The notes beneath the pieces are model-generated. The model ran no database searches and was not told the DNA's origin. It saw nothing but the letters and a program-made list of their open reading frames with translations. A DNA stretch of 64,000 nucleotides from Pseudomonadota bacterium (GTDB lineage Bacteria; Myxococcota; JACRCW01; JAFGSX01). This document shows, one piece after another, positions 37,828-46,450 of this stretch; within the stretch, counting starts at the first letter, position 1; each line of letters begins with the position of its first letter. The translations under genes and the position numbers were made by a program. The stretch covers positions 1-64,000 of the forward strand of contig JBDRCO010000132.1 in the NCBI GenBank assembly GCA_043821645.1, read 5' to 3'.

Positions 37828-38543
37828 GGCTGCACCTGCGGGGGTGGCCATCGAACGCCCTGCAGGTCGGGCCCTGGCAGGTCGCGCATCCTCTCGAGGA
37901 GGTCCACGTATTCGCTCCGGGGAATGCTCCGGAAGCCCATCTGTTCGAGGAAAGGATTCTCGACCTGGCCGTCGATGAGATCGAAGCCGAGCTGACATAG
38001 GTGCCACAGTGCGAACTTGGAAGCATCCGGGGCGCGCGAGAACATGGACTCGCCGCAGAACACGCGGCCCACTCCCAGGCCGTAGAGTCCGCCGACCAGT
38101 TCCTGGTCACGCCAGCACTCGATCGAATGCGCATGACCCTGCTGATGCAATGCGCCGTAAGCCTCGCGCATGTCTCGCGTGATCCAGGTTCCGGGCTGGC
38201 GGGCGCGTGGCGCGGCGCACTGTCTGATGACGTCGTCAAAGGCGCGGTCCACGGTCACCTGGTAGCGCTGCTGACCCAGGCGTTTGCGAAAGCTGCGTGC
38301 GACGCGAAGCTGCGAGGGAATCAGCACGGTGCGCGGGTCCGGCGACCACCACAGCACAGGCTCCCCATCGGAAAACCAGGGAAAGATGGCGGACCGGTAC
38401 GCCGCGAGCAGACGCGCCGTGGACAGATCACCGCCGGCAGCGAGCAGTCCGTTGGGATCGTCAAAGGCCCACGACAGGGGAGGAAACAGCCCGGCTGGCG
38501 CGCCAGGGGGGATGAAGGGTAGTCGTCGCTGTGGAGGGTTCAT
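37824..38543 (-). CDS. aat: Leucyl/phenylalanyl-tRNA--protein transferase
   Basis: 'GLLAAGGDL', 'IFPWF', 'WWSPDPR', 'AHSIECW', 'FCGESMFS...ASK'. Confidence 0.96.
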   Translation of the reverse strand: MNPPQRRLPFIPPGAPAGLFPPLSWAFDDPNGLLAAGGDLSTARLLAAYRSAIFPWFSDGEPVLWWSPDPRTVLIPSQLRVARSFRKRLGQQRYQVTVDRAFDDVIRQCAAPRARQPGTWITRDMREAYGALHQQGHAHSIECWRDQELVGGLYGLGVGRVFCGESMFSRAPDASKFALWHLCQLGFDLIDGQVENPFLEQMGFRSIPRSEYVDLLERMRDLPGPDLQGVRWPPPQVQP

Positions 38544-38662
38544 GACTCACTCCGGTGCCCGTCGCCCCTGCCCGGGGTCTTTGCACCGCCAAGGCGCATC
38601 TTCTTGTAACCAAGGCACGCGCAGTTGGCCAGGAACTGAAGGTTCGTGATAACCGAGCGAGC

Positions 38663-40948
38663 GTGAGCTGGAGAAATCACCCCCTGCGCTGGCCTGCCCT
38701 CTGTGCGCTGGTCACTGCCCTGTGGCAAAGCCTCGTGATCTTCGTGCTGAGCGCACCGTCCGGGGTGTTCACGAAGTACCTGGTGCTGGCGGGGCAGGTG
38801 CACGCGGGGACGGCCGCGCCCAACGTGATCCTCGACGTGAGTCCGCTGTACCTGTGGCTCCACGTGGCGGCCCGCCACCTGTCGTCGGATCCCGTGGGCC
38901 TGGTGCAGGGCATCCAGGTCGGCCTGCTCGCCCTTGCGTGCGGCATGCTGGCCGCAGCCGTGACGCGCGATGCCGGTCCACGCTGGGCCGCGCTGACCAC
39001 CGTGCTGTTCAACCTGAGCCCCGGCGTTCTCGTCTACGGGCGCGTGCTCGAGCCCGAGGCGCTGCTGCTGTGCCTGGTGTCTGGGTTCATCGCACTGGGA
39101 GGGCAACCCTCGTGGAGAGCCCGGCTCGCGGCAGGTCTCTTTCTGGGCGCCGCGCTGTGGACCAGACTGACCCTGCTCCCGGTGCTGCTGCTCCTTCCGC
39201 TGGTCGTGTTCCTGCAGCACGCAGACAAGAAACGACGTCAGCACGACATGCTGGCCCTGCTCGGGCCACCGCTGCTGGCCCTGCTCCTGCTGTGGGTGCG
39301 TAATGCTGTGCTGGCGGGCAGCCTGCTGACGACGGTGATGAACCCGGGCACCGTCTCCTTCGAGGGCAACAACCCCCTGTCGACAGGGCAGAGCGCCGCC
39401 TACCCGCCCCTCGTCAACGCCCTGATCGTGGATCTGCCTCCGCAGCCAGATAGCCAGCACCAGGCCTACCGCCTGGTCGCTCGCCGCGAAAGCACAGAGG
39501 AGCTGGATCGCAACCAGGTCAACGCCCTGTGGCAGTCCAGGGCTCGGTCCTATGCCGCGGACCACCCAGCGCTCGCACTGCGCCGGCTCGGAATGAAACT
39601 CTGGCTGGCACTGCAACAGGGCCGCAGGCACGACCTGGTACTGGCCGCGGTCCACGACGACGATCTTGCCCGCAAGGGTCTGCTGTGGCTTCCCTGGGCA
39701 GGGGTGACGGCGCTGGCCGTGCTCGGCCTCGTCGCGCTGTGGCGTCGGCGATCGCAGGGGCTGCTGCTTCACGCGGTGTGGGCCGTGCAACTGGCTGGCA
39801 TGCTGCTGACCTACGTCTCGGAGCGGCAGAAACTTGCGACGGTGCCCGTCGTCCTCCTGCTCGCCGTCACGACCTGCCAGGCGCTGTGGTCGACGCGTCG
39901 TCGCTGGACGCTGGTGCTCGCAGCTCCCCTGATGCTGGTGCTGGCCTGGCCCAGTGCCCGGGTTCTCGACGAGCAGGCGGTGCTCCTCGCGGAGGCGTCC
40001 TCCCTGGACCGCTTCCCTGCCTACGAGCAGGCCGTGGCGCAGGGGGCCGAAGCGGAGATTCGCCAGCAGGCGGCGGCCATCGCGGCGCAGGCGCCATGGC
40101 AGCTTGACGGACTCCGACCCGTGGAGGTCGAGTGGGATTCGCGACAGCTCGCCAGGCATGCGCTGGCGATCGCCAGTCGCGAACACGACGCCGACACCCC
40201 CTCCAGGGCGCTGAACCGGGCGCAGCTCGGCCTGGCAGCGGGTGAATTCACACGTGCCGAGCACGAGCTGCAGGCGCTGGTCGACGCCGGTCAGCTTTTT
40301 TCCCGTGGGGCCCTGCAGTCGAGCGACCCGCGATGGTATCTGGCACGCTGCCTGGCGCTCGACGGGAAGCGCGCGCAAGCGCTCGCGGTGCTTCGCGCGG
40401 CCACCAAGGACAATCCCGGCGAGCCCTGGATCCTGGCAGAGCTGGTGGCGCTGGAGGGGGATGGGGAGTTCGCGGCACGCATCGAGCGCTACTTCGGCGC
40501 CCTCGACGCCGCCTGGCTCGTGGGTTCTGCTCTCCTGGTGCACGGCCAGCATCAACGCGCGGCCGTGGTTCTCGAAGCTCTGGTGCAGCAGCTCCCCGAA
40601 TTCAGGTCCGGCCTGCTGCTCCTCTCCGAGGCGCGCGCGCACCTCGGAGACGATGAAGCGGCGGTGCCCCTGCTGCTCCAGGCCTTGCTACGCCGCCCAC
40701 AACCTCTTCCGGACGAGAGCTGGGCTCTGCCCCTGATGGAACGCTGGGCCGCTCGAGGCCAGAACCCCGCCCAGCGCGCCTATTTGCGCGGTGTGGTGCT
40801 CAGGATGCTCGGGCGGCTCGATGAGGCTCGACGAGTGCAGCAGGCCGCGCAGGACAGCAGCGGCGACCCCGAGGCCGTGAAGCGCGAACTCGACGCCATC
40901 GACGCGGCCCTTGTGCGGCGTGGAGAGGTTCACGAAGCCCCGCACTAG
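38663..40948 (+). CDS. GT-C (PMT/ArnT-like) membrane glycosyltransferase with C-terminal TPR-like repeats
   Basis: 'SPLY.W', 'LEPEAL', 'AAGLFLGAALWTR', 'WVRN', 'GNNP.STG'; helical repeat C-terminus. Start uncertain. Confidence 0.65.
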   Translation: MSWRNHPLRWPALCALVTALWQSLVIFVLSAPSGVFTKYLVLAGQVHAGTAAPNVILDVSPLYLWLHVAARHLSSDPVGLVQGIQVGLLALACGMLAAAVTRDAGPRWAALTTVLFNLSPGVLVYGRVLEPEALLLCLVSGFIALGGQPSWRARLAAGLFLGAALWTRLTLLPVLLLLPLVVFLQHADKKRRQHDMLALLGPPLLALLLLWVRNAVLAGSLLTTVMNPGTVSFEGNNPLSTGQSAAYPPLVNALIVDLPPQPDSQHQAYRLVARRESTEELDRNQVNALWQSRARSYAADHPALALRRLGMKLWLALQQGRRHDLVLAAVHDDDLARKGLLWLPWAGVTALAVLGLVALWRRRSQGLLLHAVWAVQLAGMLLTYVSERQKLATVPVVLLLAVTTCQALWSTRRRWTLVLAAPLMLVLAWPSARVLDEQAVLLAEASSLDRFPAYEQAVAQGAEAEIRQQAAAIAAQAPWQLDGLRPVEVEWDSRQLARHALAIASREHDADTPSRALNRAQLGLAAGEFTRAEHELQALVDAGQLFSRGALQSSDPRWYLARCLALDGKRAQALAVLRAATKDNPGEPWILAELVALEGDGEFAARIERYFGALDAAWLVGSALLVHGQHQRAAVVLEALVQQLPEFRSGLLLLSEARAHLGDDEAAVPLLLQALLRRPQPLPDESWALPLMERWAARGQNPAQRAYLRGVVLRMLGRLDEARRVQQAAQDSSGDPEAVKRELDAIDAALVRRGEVHEAPH

Positions 40949-40971
40949 AACGGGAGATCCCTGAAAGTCGA

Positions 40972-41625
40972 TCAGGCGACGCTGTCGAGGGCGAGTTCGA
41001 TGAACTCACTCACGCGATCGAAGCCCGCACCACGGCGCAGGATCTGCGGCGCGGACCCGGTCAGGTCGATCACGGTGGATTCCCCCACGAAGCTGTACCT
41101 GTCCAGGGTGATGGCCGCATCGACCTGGCCCGCGAAGCTCTCGACGAGATCGTCGGGGTCGTCGATGTAGCGTCCCTCGGCGTCCTTGGCGGTGATCGAG
41201 ATCAGAGGTGCTTCGAGCTGCTCCAGCAAAAGCTGCGAGATGCTGTCATCGGGCACGCGGATGCCAGAGGTGCGGCGCTTGGGATCCTGGGCGTAGCGCG
41301 GCACGTTCTTGGTGGCGTTGAGCACGAAGGTGAAGGGTCCGGGCACCAGGCGCCGGACGATCTTGTAAGCATCATTCTCGACCAGGGCGAACTCGGACAG
41401 CCGCGACAGCGAGGCACACAGGAAGGTCAGCAGCTTGCTCTCGTCGAGACGACGGATAGCGCGAATCCGCTGAATGGCACCCTTGTTGGACAGCTCACAG
41501 CCGAGGGCGAAACCGGTGTCGCTCGGATAGAGGACCACTCCGCCACGGCGGATGATCTCGACGACCTTCTGCAGCTTTCGCTTCTCGGGCGCCGAGGCAT
41601 GCAGGGTGAAAACTGTGGCGCGCAC
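40972..41625 (-). CDS. Sua5/YciO/YrdC family (threonylcarbamoyl-AMP synthase-like) protein
   Basis: 'GGVVLYPSDT..ALGC', 'PGPFTFVL', 'GIRVPD', 'STVIDL...ILRRGAG'. Confidence 0.9.
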   Translation of the reverse strand: MRATVFTLHASAPEKRKLQKVVEIIRRGGVVLYPSDTGFALGCELSNKGAIQRIRAIRRLDESKLLTFLCASLSRLSEFALVENDAYKIVRRLVPGPFTFVLNATKNVPRYAQDPKRRTSGIRVPDDSISQLLLEQLEAPLISITAKDAEGRYIDDPDDLVESFAGQVDAAITLDRYSFVGESTVIDLTGSAPQILRRGAGFDRVSEFIELALDSVA

Positions 41626-41738
41626 GTCGCGAACTCCCGGGCGTTTCCGCCGCTCTCCCCCTGGCCCCGTTCCCTACAAGAAGCGCTGCATATAGCAGAC
41701 GCGGGCCGTGATGCGAGAGCGCTTTGTGCGCCCGGACA

Positions 41739-42638
41739 TCAGGCCTGGCTGTAGACCTGTGCAAAGGTCTTGGCGAAGTGCAGCACGGAGGTCGGTGTGG
41801 TCGTCCTGGCAGAACGGGGTTGGGTCCGCCCAGCCTTCCCATCGTTGATGCCGCGGTACATCTCCATGTACAGGCCGACGATCTCCTCAGGCAGGCCCAT
41901 CCCCACCATGCCCTGTGTCGCGTCCTCGTAGGAGAGCTGCACGTAGGGCAAGTCTGGTTTGCCTATGACCTCACCCAGGGCCTTGGCGACCATGGGATAG
42001 GTGACGTCCTCGGAACCCTGAAGCTCCAGCACCTCCTGACCGGTCCAGTCCAGCGCCAGCATGCGCCGGGCGCCGAGCTCGCCGATGTCCTGGGTCGCGA
42101 TCAGGGTCATCGCCACCTCTGGCCTGACCGGCGCTGCGAGCATGCCCATCTGCTTCACCATGCCCACGTTCATCAACAGGTTCTCCATGAACATGCCCGG
42201 GCGAAGGTGCAGCACATGTGTGTTCTTGAGGGCGTTGAAGGTCTGCTCCATGTCGTGGAGGCCATTGACCGGCCCCGCGCCCTCGGACAGGTGTGCACCG
42301 ATGCTGCTCAGCGTCATGACATAGGGCACGTCGTTGGCGTGGACAGCGTCGGTCTGTGACCGCGCCACCTTGTTTTGCCAGGCGCGAAAGCCCGACACGC
42401 CCATGTTGGGAGGGATCATCGCGTAAACGGCATGCGCTCCCGAAAACGCCTTCTTCATGGCCGGCCCGTCCTCGAGATCCGCGACAAAAGGCTCCGCTCC
42501 ATGATCGACAAGGGCTTGCAGACGCTCGCGGCTGCGCCCGACGACGCGAACCGTCTGTTTGTTCTCCAGCAAGCGCTGCGCGAGGACATGTCCGACGTGG
42601 CCGGTCGCTCCGGTGATGACGTAAAGATTGTGGCTCAT
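41739..42638 (-). CDS. NmrA-like NAD(P)-binding protein
   Basis: 'ITGATGHVG', 'LSSIGA', 'LRPGMFMEN'. Confidence 0.88.
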   Translation of the reverse strand: MSHNLYVITGATGHVGHVLAQRLLENKQTVRVVGRSRERLQALVDHGAEPFVADLEDGPAMKKAFSGAHAVYAMIPPNMGVSGFRAWQNKVARSQTDAVHANDVPYVMTLSSIGAHLSEGAGPVNGLHDMEQTFNALKNTHVLHLRPGMFMENLLMNVGMVKQMGMLAAPVRPEVAMTLIATQDIGELGARRMLALDWTGQEVLELQGSEDVTYPMVAKALGEVIGKPDLPYVQLSYEDATQGMVGMGLPEEIVGLYMEMYRGINDGKAGRTQPRSARTTTPTSVLHFAKTFAQVYSQA

Positions 42639-42807
42639 GGTAGCTCCCTTGAGGGTGATCACGTGTGGTCGTGGTCCACTAGGTAGACAGGAGCGGATCG
42701 CCCGTCCACCGCACCTCGCTCCTGGAAGCAGAAGATCTCCCGGCAGTGTTCGCCCTGCTGACGCCGGGTGCGCGGGCGATGCCTGACAGCGCGCATCGAG
42801 GTGCTAC

Positions 42808-43344
42808 ATGGATGGCATGTGGACACAATTACTCGGTAGCTTGATCCTGACCTCGATGCCCCAGGTGGGCGACCTCGCACCGGACTTCAGCGTGCAGGAC
42901 ATTGACGGGCGTCCCTTCGTCCTCGCCGAGCGGGTGCAGCGGGGAGCCGTGGTGCTGGCCTTTTTCCCCAAGGCCTTCACCCCTGGTTGAACGCGCGAGG
43001 TCGAGGCGTACCAGGCTGGTTACGCGGAGTTTGAACACGCCGGGGTGCAGGTCCTGGCGGTGTCGAGTGACGATGTCGGGACCCTGAAGAAGTTCAGGGA
43101 CGAGCATGCCCCCAGGCTCGCCTTCGCTGCGGACCCGACGGGCGCACTGCTCGAACGCTATGACGTCAAGACCCCGATCCTCACTTTCGCGCTGCGCACG
43201 ACCTTCGTGATCAACGAGGAGCGCCGCGTGGTGGCCGTGATCTCCGGCAGCGATGCCATCGATGCCAGAAGGGCTCTCGAGGCAACACGCATGTCGCCGG
43301 TTCCACGCTCAGAACCCGCCCCGCAATCGCAGCCTGCGCCCTAG
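42808..43344 (+). CDS. Selenocysteine-containing peroxiredoxin (BCP/PrxQ-like)
   Basis: Two in-frame ORFs joined by TGA 42988-42990 in the motif PKAFTPG-U-TRE, the peroxidatic Cys position; conserved 'R.TFVI' downstream. Confidence 0.85.
43006..43025 (+). promoter_or_regulatory. Bacterial SECIS-like hairpin
   Basis: GCGTACCA-GGC-TGG(T)TACGC: 8-bp stem with one bulged U and a G-first loop, about 23 nt after the UGA. Confidence 0.65.
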
Positions 43345-43593
43345 GACCCTGTTGAGAAGCAGCGGCGAAGCGCGGCGTTGGAGGTTGACGCGAGGGCGCT
43401 GAGAGCAGCGTGTGACGACGAGGCTCCCTTGAGGTGCGTTGCCTGAAAATCGAGCGCGCACTTCGCACGCGGCAAGCGGACCCGGCACCGCACCCGGCAT
43501 GTTTCCCGACAGGCCTCTCGTTCCTGGCCGGGACAACGAACAACCACGCCAGCCAGGACTCGGTGCTTTGAAGGTCGCGGCACCGGCGAGGGA

Positions 43594-44415
43594 TCAGCCA
43601 GCCTCCGGATCCCCTGCCATGCGCGCGATCAGGGACGGGTCGTAGAGGTTGAGCCCCTCGCCCTCGCGGACACGCGCACGCATGCGCACGAAGCCCAGGT
43701 AGCGGCCCGCGTCGGCATCCAGTGCCTCGGCCACAGAAGGGAAGAGGGCGCGACCGCTGTGCTCGAGCATGCGCTCGAAGTCCCTCCAGTGGCGCCAGCC
43801 GTCGGCCAGGGTGTCGACCTGGATCGCGTCGACGCAGCGCGCCCGCTTGACCTGCGCGTGCCACCACTGTGGGGTGTGAAAGCTGACGCACTCGTCTTCC
43901 CAGAAAGCCGTACCGTTGGACTGCGGAGTGGTCAGATGCGCCGGGATCTCGTTGCCGAATTCCTGCATCAGCCCTGGTACGACGATCCCGAGCTGCCCAC
44001 CGTTTCGCACGAAGCGCGCCAGGTAGCGCAGATAGAGATCGTCGGTGCCAAAGTACTGGTAGGCGTCGATGCTGATCACCGCATCAAAGAATCGCTGGGC
44101 GAAGGGGAGCGCGTGCGCCTCGACGCGGAGCGGGCACACGCGCGCGGACTGGTCGGCTTCGGTCACCGCCTGGAACACATCGTCCGGGTGAACCCACAGG
44201 TCGGCCGCCCACACCTGGACTCCGAATTCCCTGGCCACGAAGCAGCTCGACAGCCCCTTGCCGCAGCCGAGGTCGAGGACCCGCATGCCGGGCTGGAGAT
44301 CGAGCCCCTGGCACAGCCACTCGGCTAGCCATAGAACATTGGGCCCCATCTGGTGTCGGAGCACCCAGTCCTCGTCGTAGCCCCGGCTGCGGGGAAAGCT
44401 GGTCTCGCGTGACAT
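43594..44415 (-). CDS. Class I SAM-dependent methyltransferase
   Basis: 'MGPNVLWL', 'VLDLGCGKG', 'FFDAVISID'; GGAGG upstream of ATG 44415. Confidence 0.87.
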   Translation of the reverse strand: MSRETSFPRSRGYDEDWVLRHQMGPNVLWLAEWLCQGLDLQPGMRVLDLGCGKGLSSCFVAREFGVQVWAADLWVHPDDVFQAVTEADQSARVCPLRVEAHALPFAQRFFDAVISIDAYQYFGTDDLYLRYLARFVRNGGQLGIVVPGLMQEFGNEIPAHLTTPQSNGTAFWEDECVSFHTPQWWHAQVKRARCVDAIQVDTLADGWRHWRDFERMLEHSGRALFPSVAEALDADAGRYLGFVRMRARVREGEGLNLYDPSLIARMAGDPEAG

Positions 44416-44656
44416 GGGGTCCTCCTGCGTCGTCAACGGACCATGCCGCGGGCTCGGCGGCGGGGCAAGCGGGTGACACCACGCCGCGAAGCGCAAAGTT
44501 GAGCGCGACAGCCCGCCCTCCCGTTGAAGCTCTGTTGCCGGCGTGCAGGATGTTGCTGCACATGTGTGGCGGTGCGCACTCTGGGTTCTCTGACGGTGCG
44601 GTCCCTGACAGGAGCACGCCGCCGCGTTATCTTGCATCGGAGATGAGGTGACCAGG

Positions 44657-45808
44657 ATGAAGCGCGCAACCCCCTCCAAGGCTCCGCGAAAGCGCCGCTG
44701 GCCACGCGCGGTGCTCGTCGGCGTCGGCGGGGTGGTGATCGCGCTGGGAGTCGTCGCCATGGCAGCCAGCCCAGGTCCCATCGAGGAGCGCATCGCACGC
44801 TCACCGGCATGGGATGGCAACAAGTTCGTCAACACCGTTCCGACCACGATGAGCATGAACGGCCAGGGAGGGAGCATCGCCTGGCGCTTTCTGTTCGAGC
44901 GCAACGATCGCGAGCCGAGTACACCCCTGCCCACGGTAACGGTCGATCTCGAGACCTTGTCCGGGCCAGATCCCGAGGGCGTGCGCGCGACGTGGATGGG
45001 TCACTCGTCGGTGTTCCTCGAGGTGGATGGCGTGCGAGTGCTCACGGATCCCGTGTGGGGGGATCGCGCCTCTCCCGTGGGCTTTGCGGGCCCGCGGCGC
45101 TTTCACCCACCGCCGGTGGCGCTGGAGGCCCTGCCCTTGCCCGACGTGGTGCTGATCTCCCACGACCACTACGACCACCTTGACGAAGCGACTATCCGCG
45201 TGCTGGCAAGGCGGGGAGCGCGCTTCATCGTGCCCTTGGGCGTGGGCGCGCACCTTCGCACCTGGGGCGTGGCAGCACAGCGCGTTCAGGAGCTGGACTG
45301 GTGGCAGCAGACCACGATCGCGGATGGCCGCCTCACGCTGGTGGCGACACCCGCCCGCCACTTCTCGGGACGCGGCCTCCTCGATCGCAACAGAACCCTG
45401 TGGGCGTCCTGGGTGCTGCTGGGCAACAGGCACCGCGTCTACTTCGGCGGCGACAGCGGCTTGTTTGATGGTTTTTCAGAAATCGGAACCACGTATGGCC
45501 CCTTTGATCTGACCCTGCTCGAGATCGGGGCCTACGATCCCGCCTGGGGCAGCGTGCACATGGGCCCCGAGGGCGCGCTCGAGGCGCACCGCAGGCTCAG
45601 GGGAAAGGTGCTGCTGCCCATACACTGGGGTACCTTCAACCTCGGCCTGCATCCCTGGTACGAACCTCCCGAGCAGCTGCTCGAGGCGGCGCGTCGAGGC
45701 GGCGACAGAGTCGCGTTCCCCCGCCTGGGCGAGACGCTCACCCTTGACGGCGATGTGCCCAAGGCTCCCTGGTGGCGTGCCGTGCGCACGGCTGCGCAGG
45801 ATTCCTGA
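44657..45808 (+). CDS. MBL-fold metallo-hydrolase (NAPE-PLD/RomA-like)
   Basis: 'TWMGHSS', 'SHDHYDHLD', 'PARHFSGR', 'GGDSG', 'PIHWGTF'. Confidence 0.9.
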   Translation: MKRATPSKAPRKRRWPRAVLVGVGGVVIALGVVAMAASPGPIEERIARSPAWDGNKFVNTVPTTMSMNGQGGSIAWRFLFERNDREPSTPLPTVTVDLETLSGPDPEGVRATWMGHSSVFLEVDGVRVLTDPVWGDRASPVGFAGPRRFHPPPVALEALPLPDVVLISHDHYDHLDEATIRVLARRGARFIVPLGVGAHLRTWGVAAQRVQELDWWQQTTIADGRLTLVATPARHFSGRGLLDRNRTLWASWVLLGNRHRVYFGGDSGLFDGFSEIGTTYGPFDLTLLEIGAYDPAWGSVHMGPEGALEAHRRLRGKVLLPIHWGTFNLGLHPWYEPPEQLLEAARRGGDRVAFPRLGETLTLDGDVPKAPWWRAVRTAAQDS

Positions 45809-45892
45809 GCCGCCCCGCTTGCCCAGCGAACACGGGGAGTAAACACAACAGGCGCGCAGGGGCACCCAGCTCTCGGGGGTTGCTTCAGGTCG

Positions 45893-46450
45893 TCAGGGCG
45901 TCACGACAAACGGATAGGTCACGAAGGCCGCTCCACCCTTGAACCGCGCAAAGCGGAGGCGCTTCACCTGGGCCAGCACACAGCGCTGAACAGCGGCGTC
46001 TTGCACCGTGGAAGCCTCGGTCGCTTTCGCCCAGGCGACCTTGCCTGTGGGCTTGACCTTGAAGGCGAGGACCAGGGTGCCCTGAAGGTCGGGGTTCTTG
46101 CGCCGCGCTGCATCGACACAGCGAACCAGGGCCTCTGACGCACGGCCCATGCCCTGTTCGACGGCGTCTGGACTCAAGTCTCCTCCGCGCACCCGCACCT
46201 TCGAGGGAATGCCCTCGGCCGCCCCGTCACCGTCAGCCGCGGTGCCGTTCTTGCTGTCATCGTCATCGCCCGGGGTCGGCGTTCCGTCGACAGGCTGGCC
46301 CGTCGAGGGGTCCGCCAGCGAGGGCGCACCCGCTGCCAGAGGCACGGTGGCGAGGTCGATCACCCGTGGTGGACCACTGGCCTGGTCCGCGCAGGCCAGG
46401 CCCGCAAGCAGTGCGATGAGCAACCCTGCGAGTCCGCTGCGCATCCTCAT
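45893..46450 (-). CDS. Lipoprotein with AgmX/PglI-type (TonB-C-like) C-terminal domain
   Basis: Lipobox 'GLAC'; 'RC...P.L.G.LVL.F.V...G.V...V.RCVL...RL.F...VTYPFV'. Confidence 0.7.
   Translation of the reverse strand: MRMRSGLAGLLIALLAGLACADQASGPPRVIDLATVPLAAGAPSLADPSTGQPVDGTPTPGDDDDSKNGTAADGDGAAEGIPSKVRVRGGDLSPDAVEQGMGRASEALVRCVDAARRKNPDLQGTLVLAFKVKPTGKVAWAKATEASTVQDAAVQRCVLAQVKRLRFARFKGGAAFVTYPFVVTP

Noticed and set aside
42808-43344. Peroxiredoxin as a nonsense pseudogene or two small genes
   Set aside because: The stop is UGA exactly at the catalytic Cys and is followed by a SECIS-like hairpin, so Sec recoding is more parsimonious.
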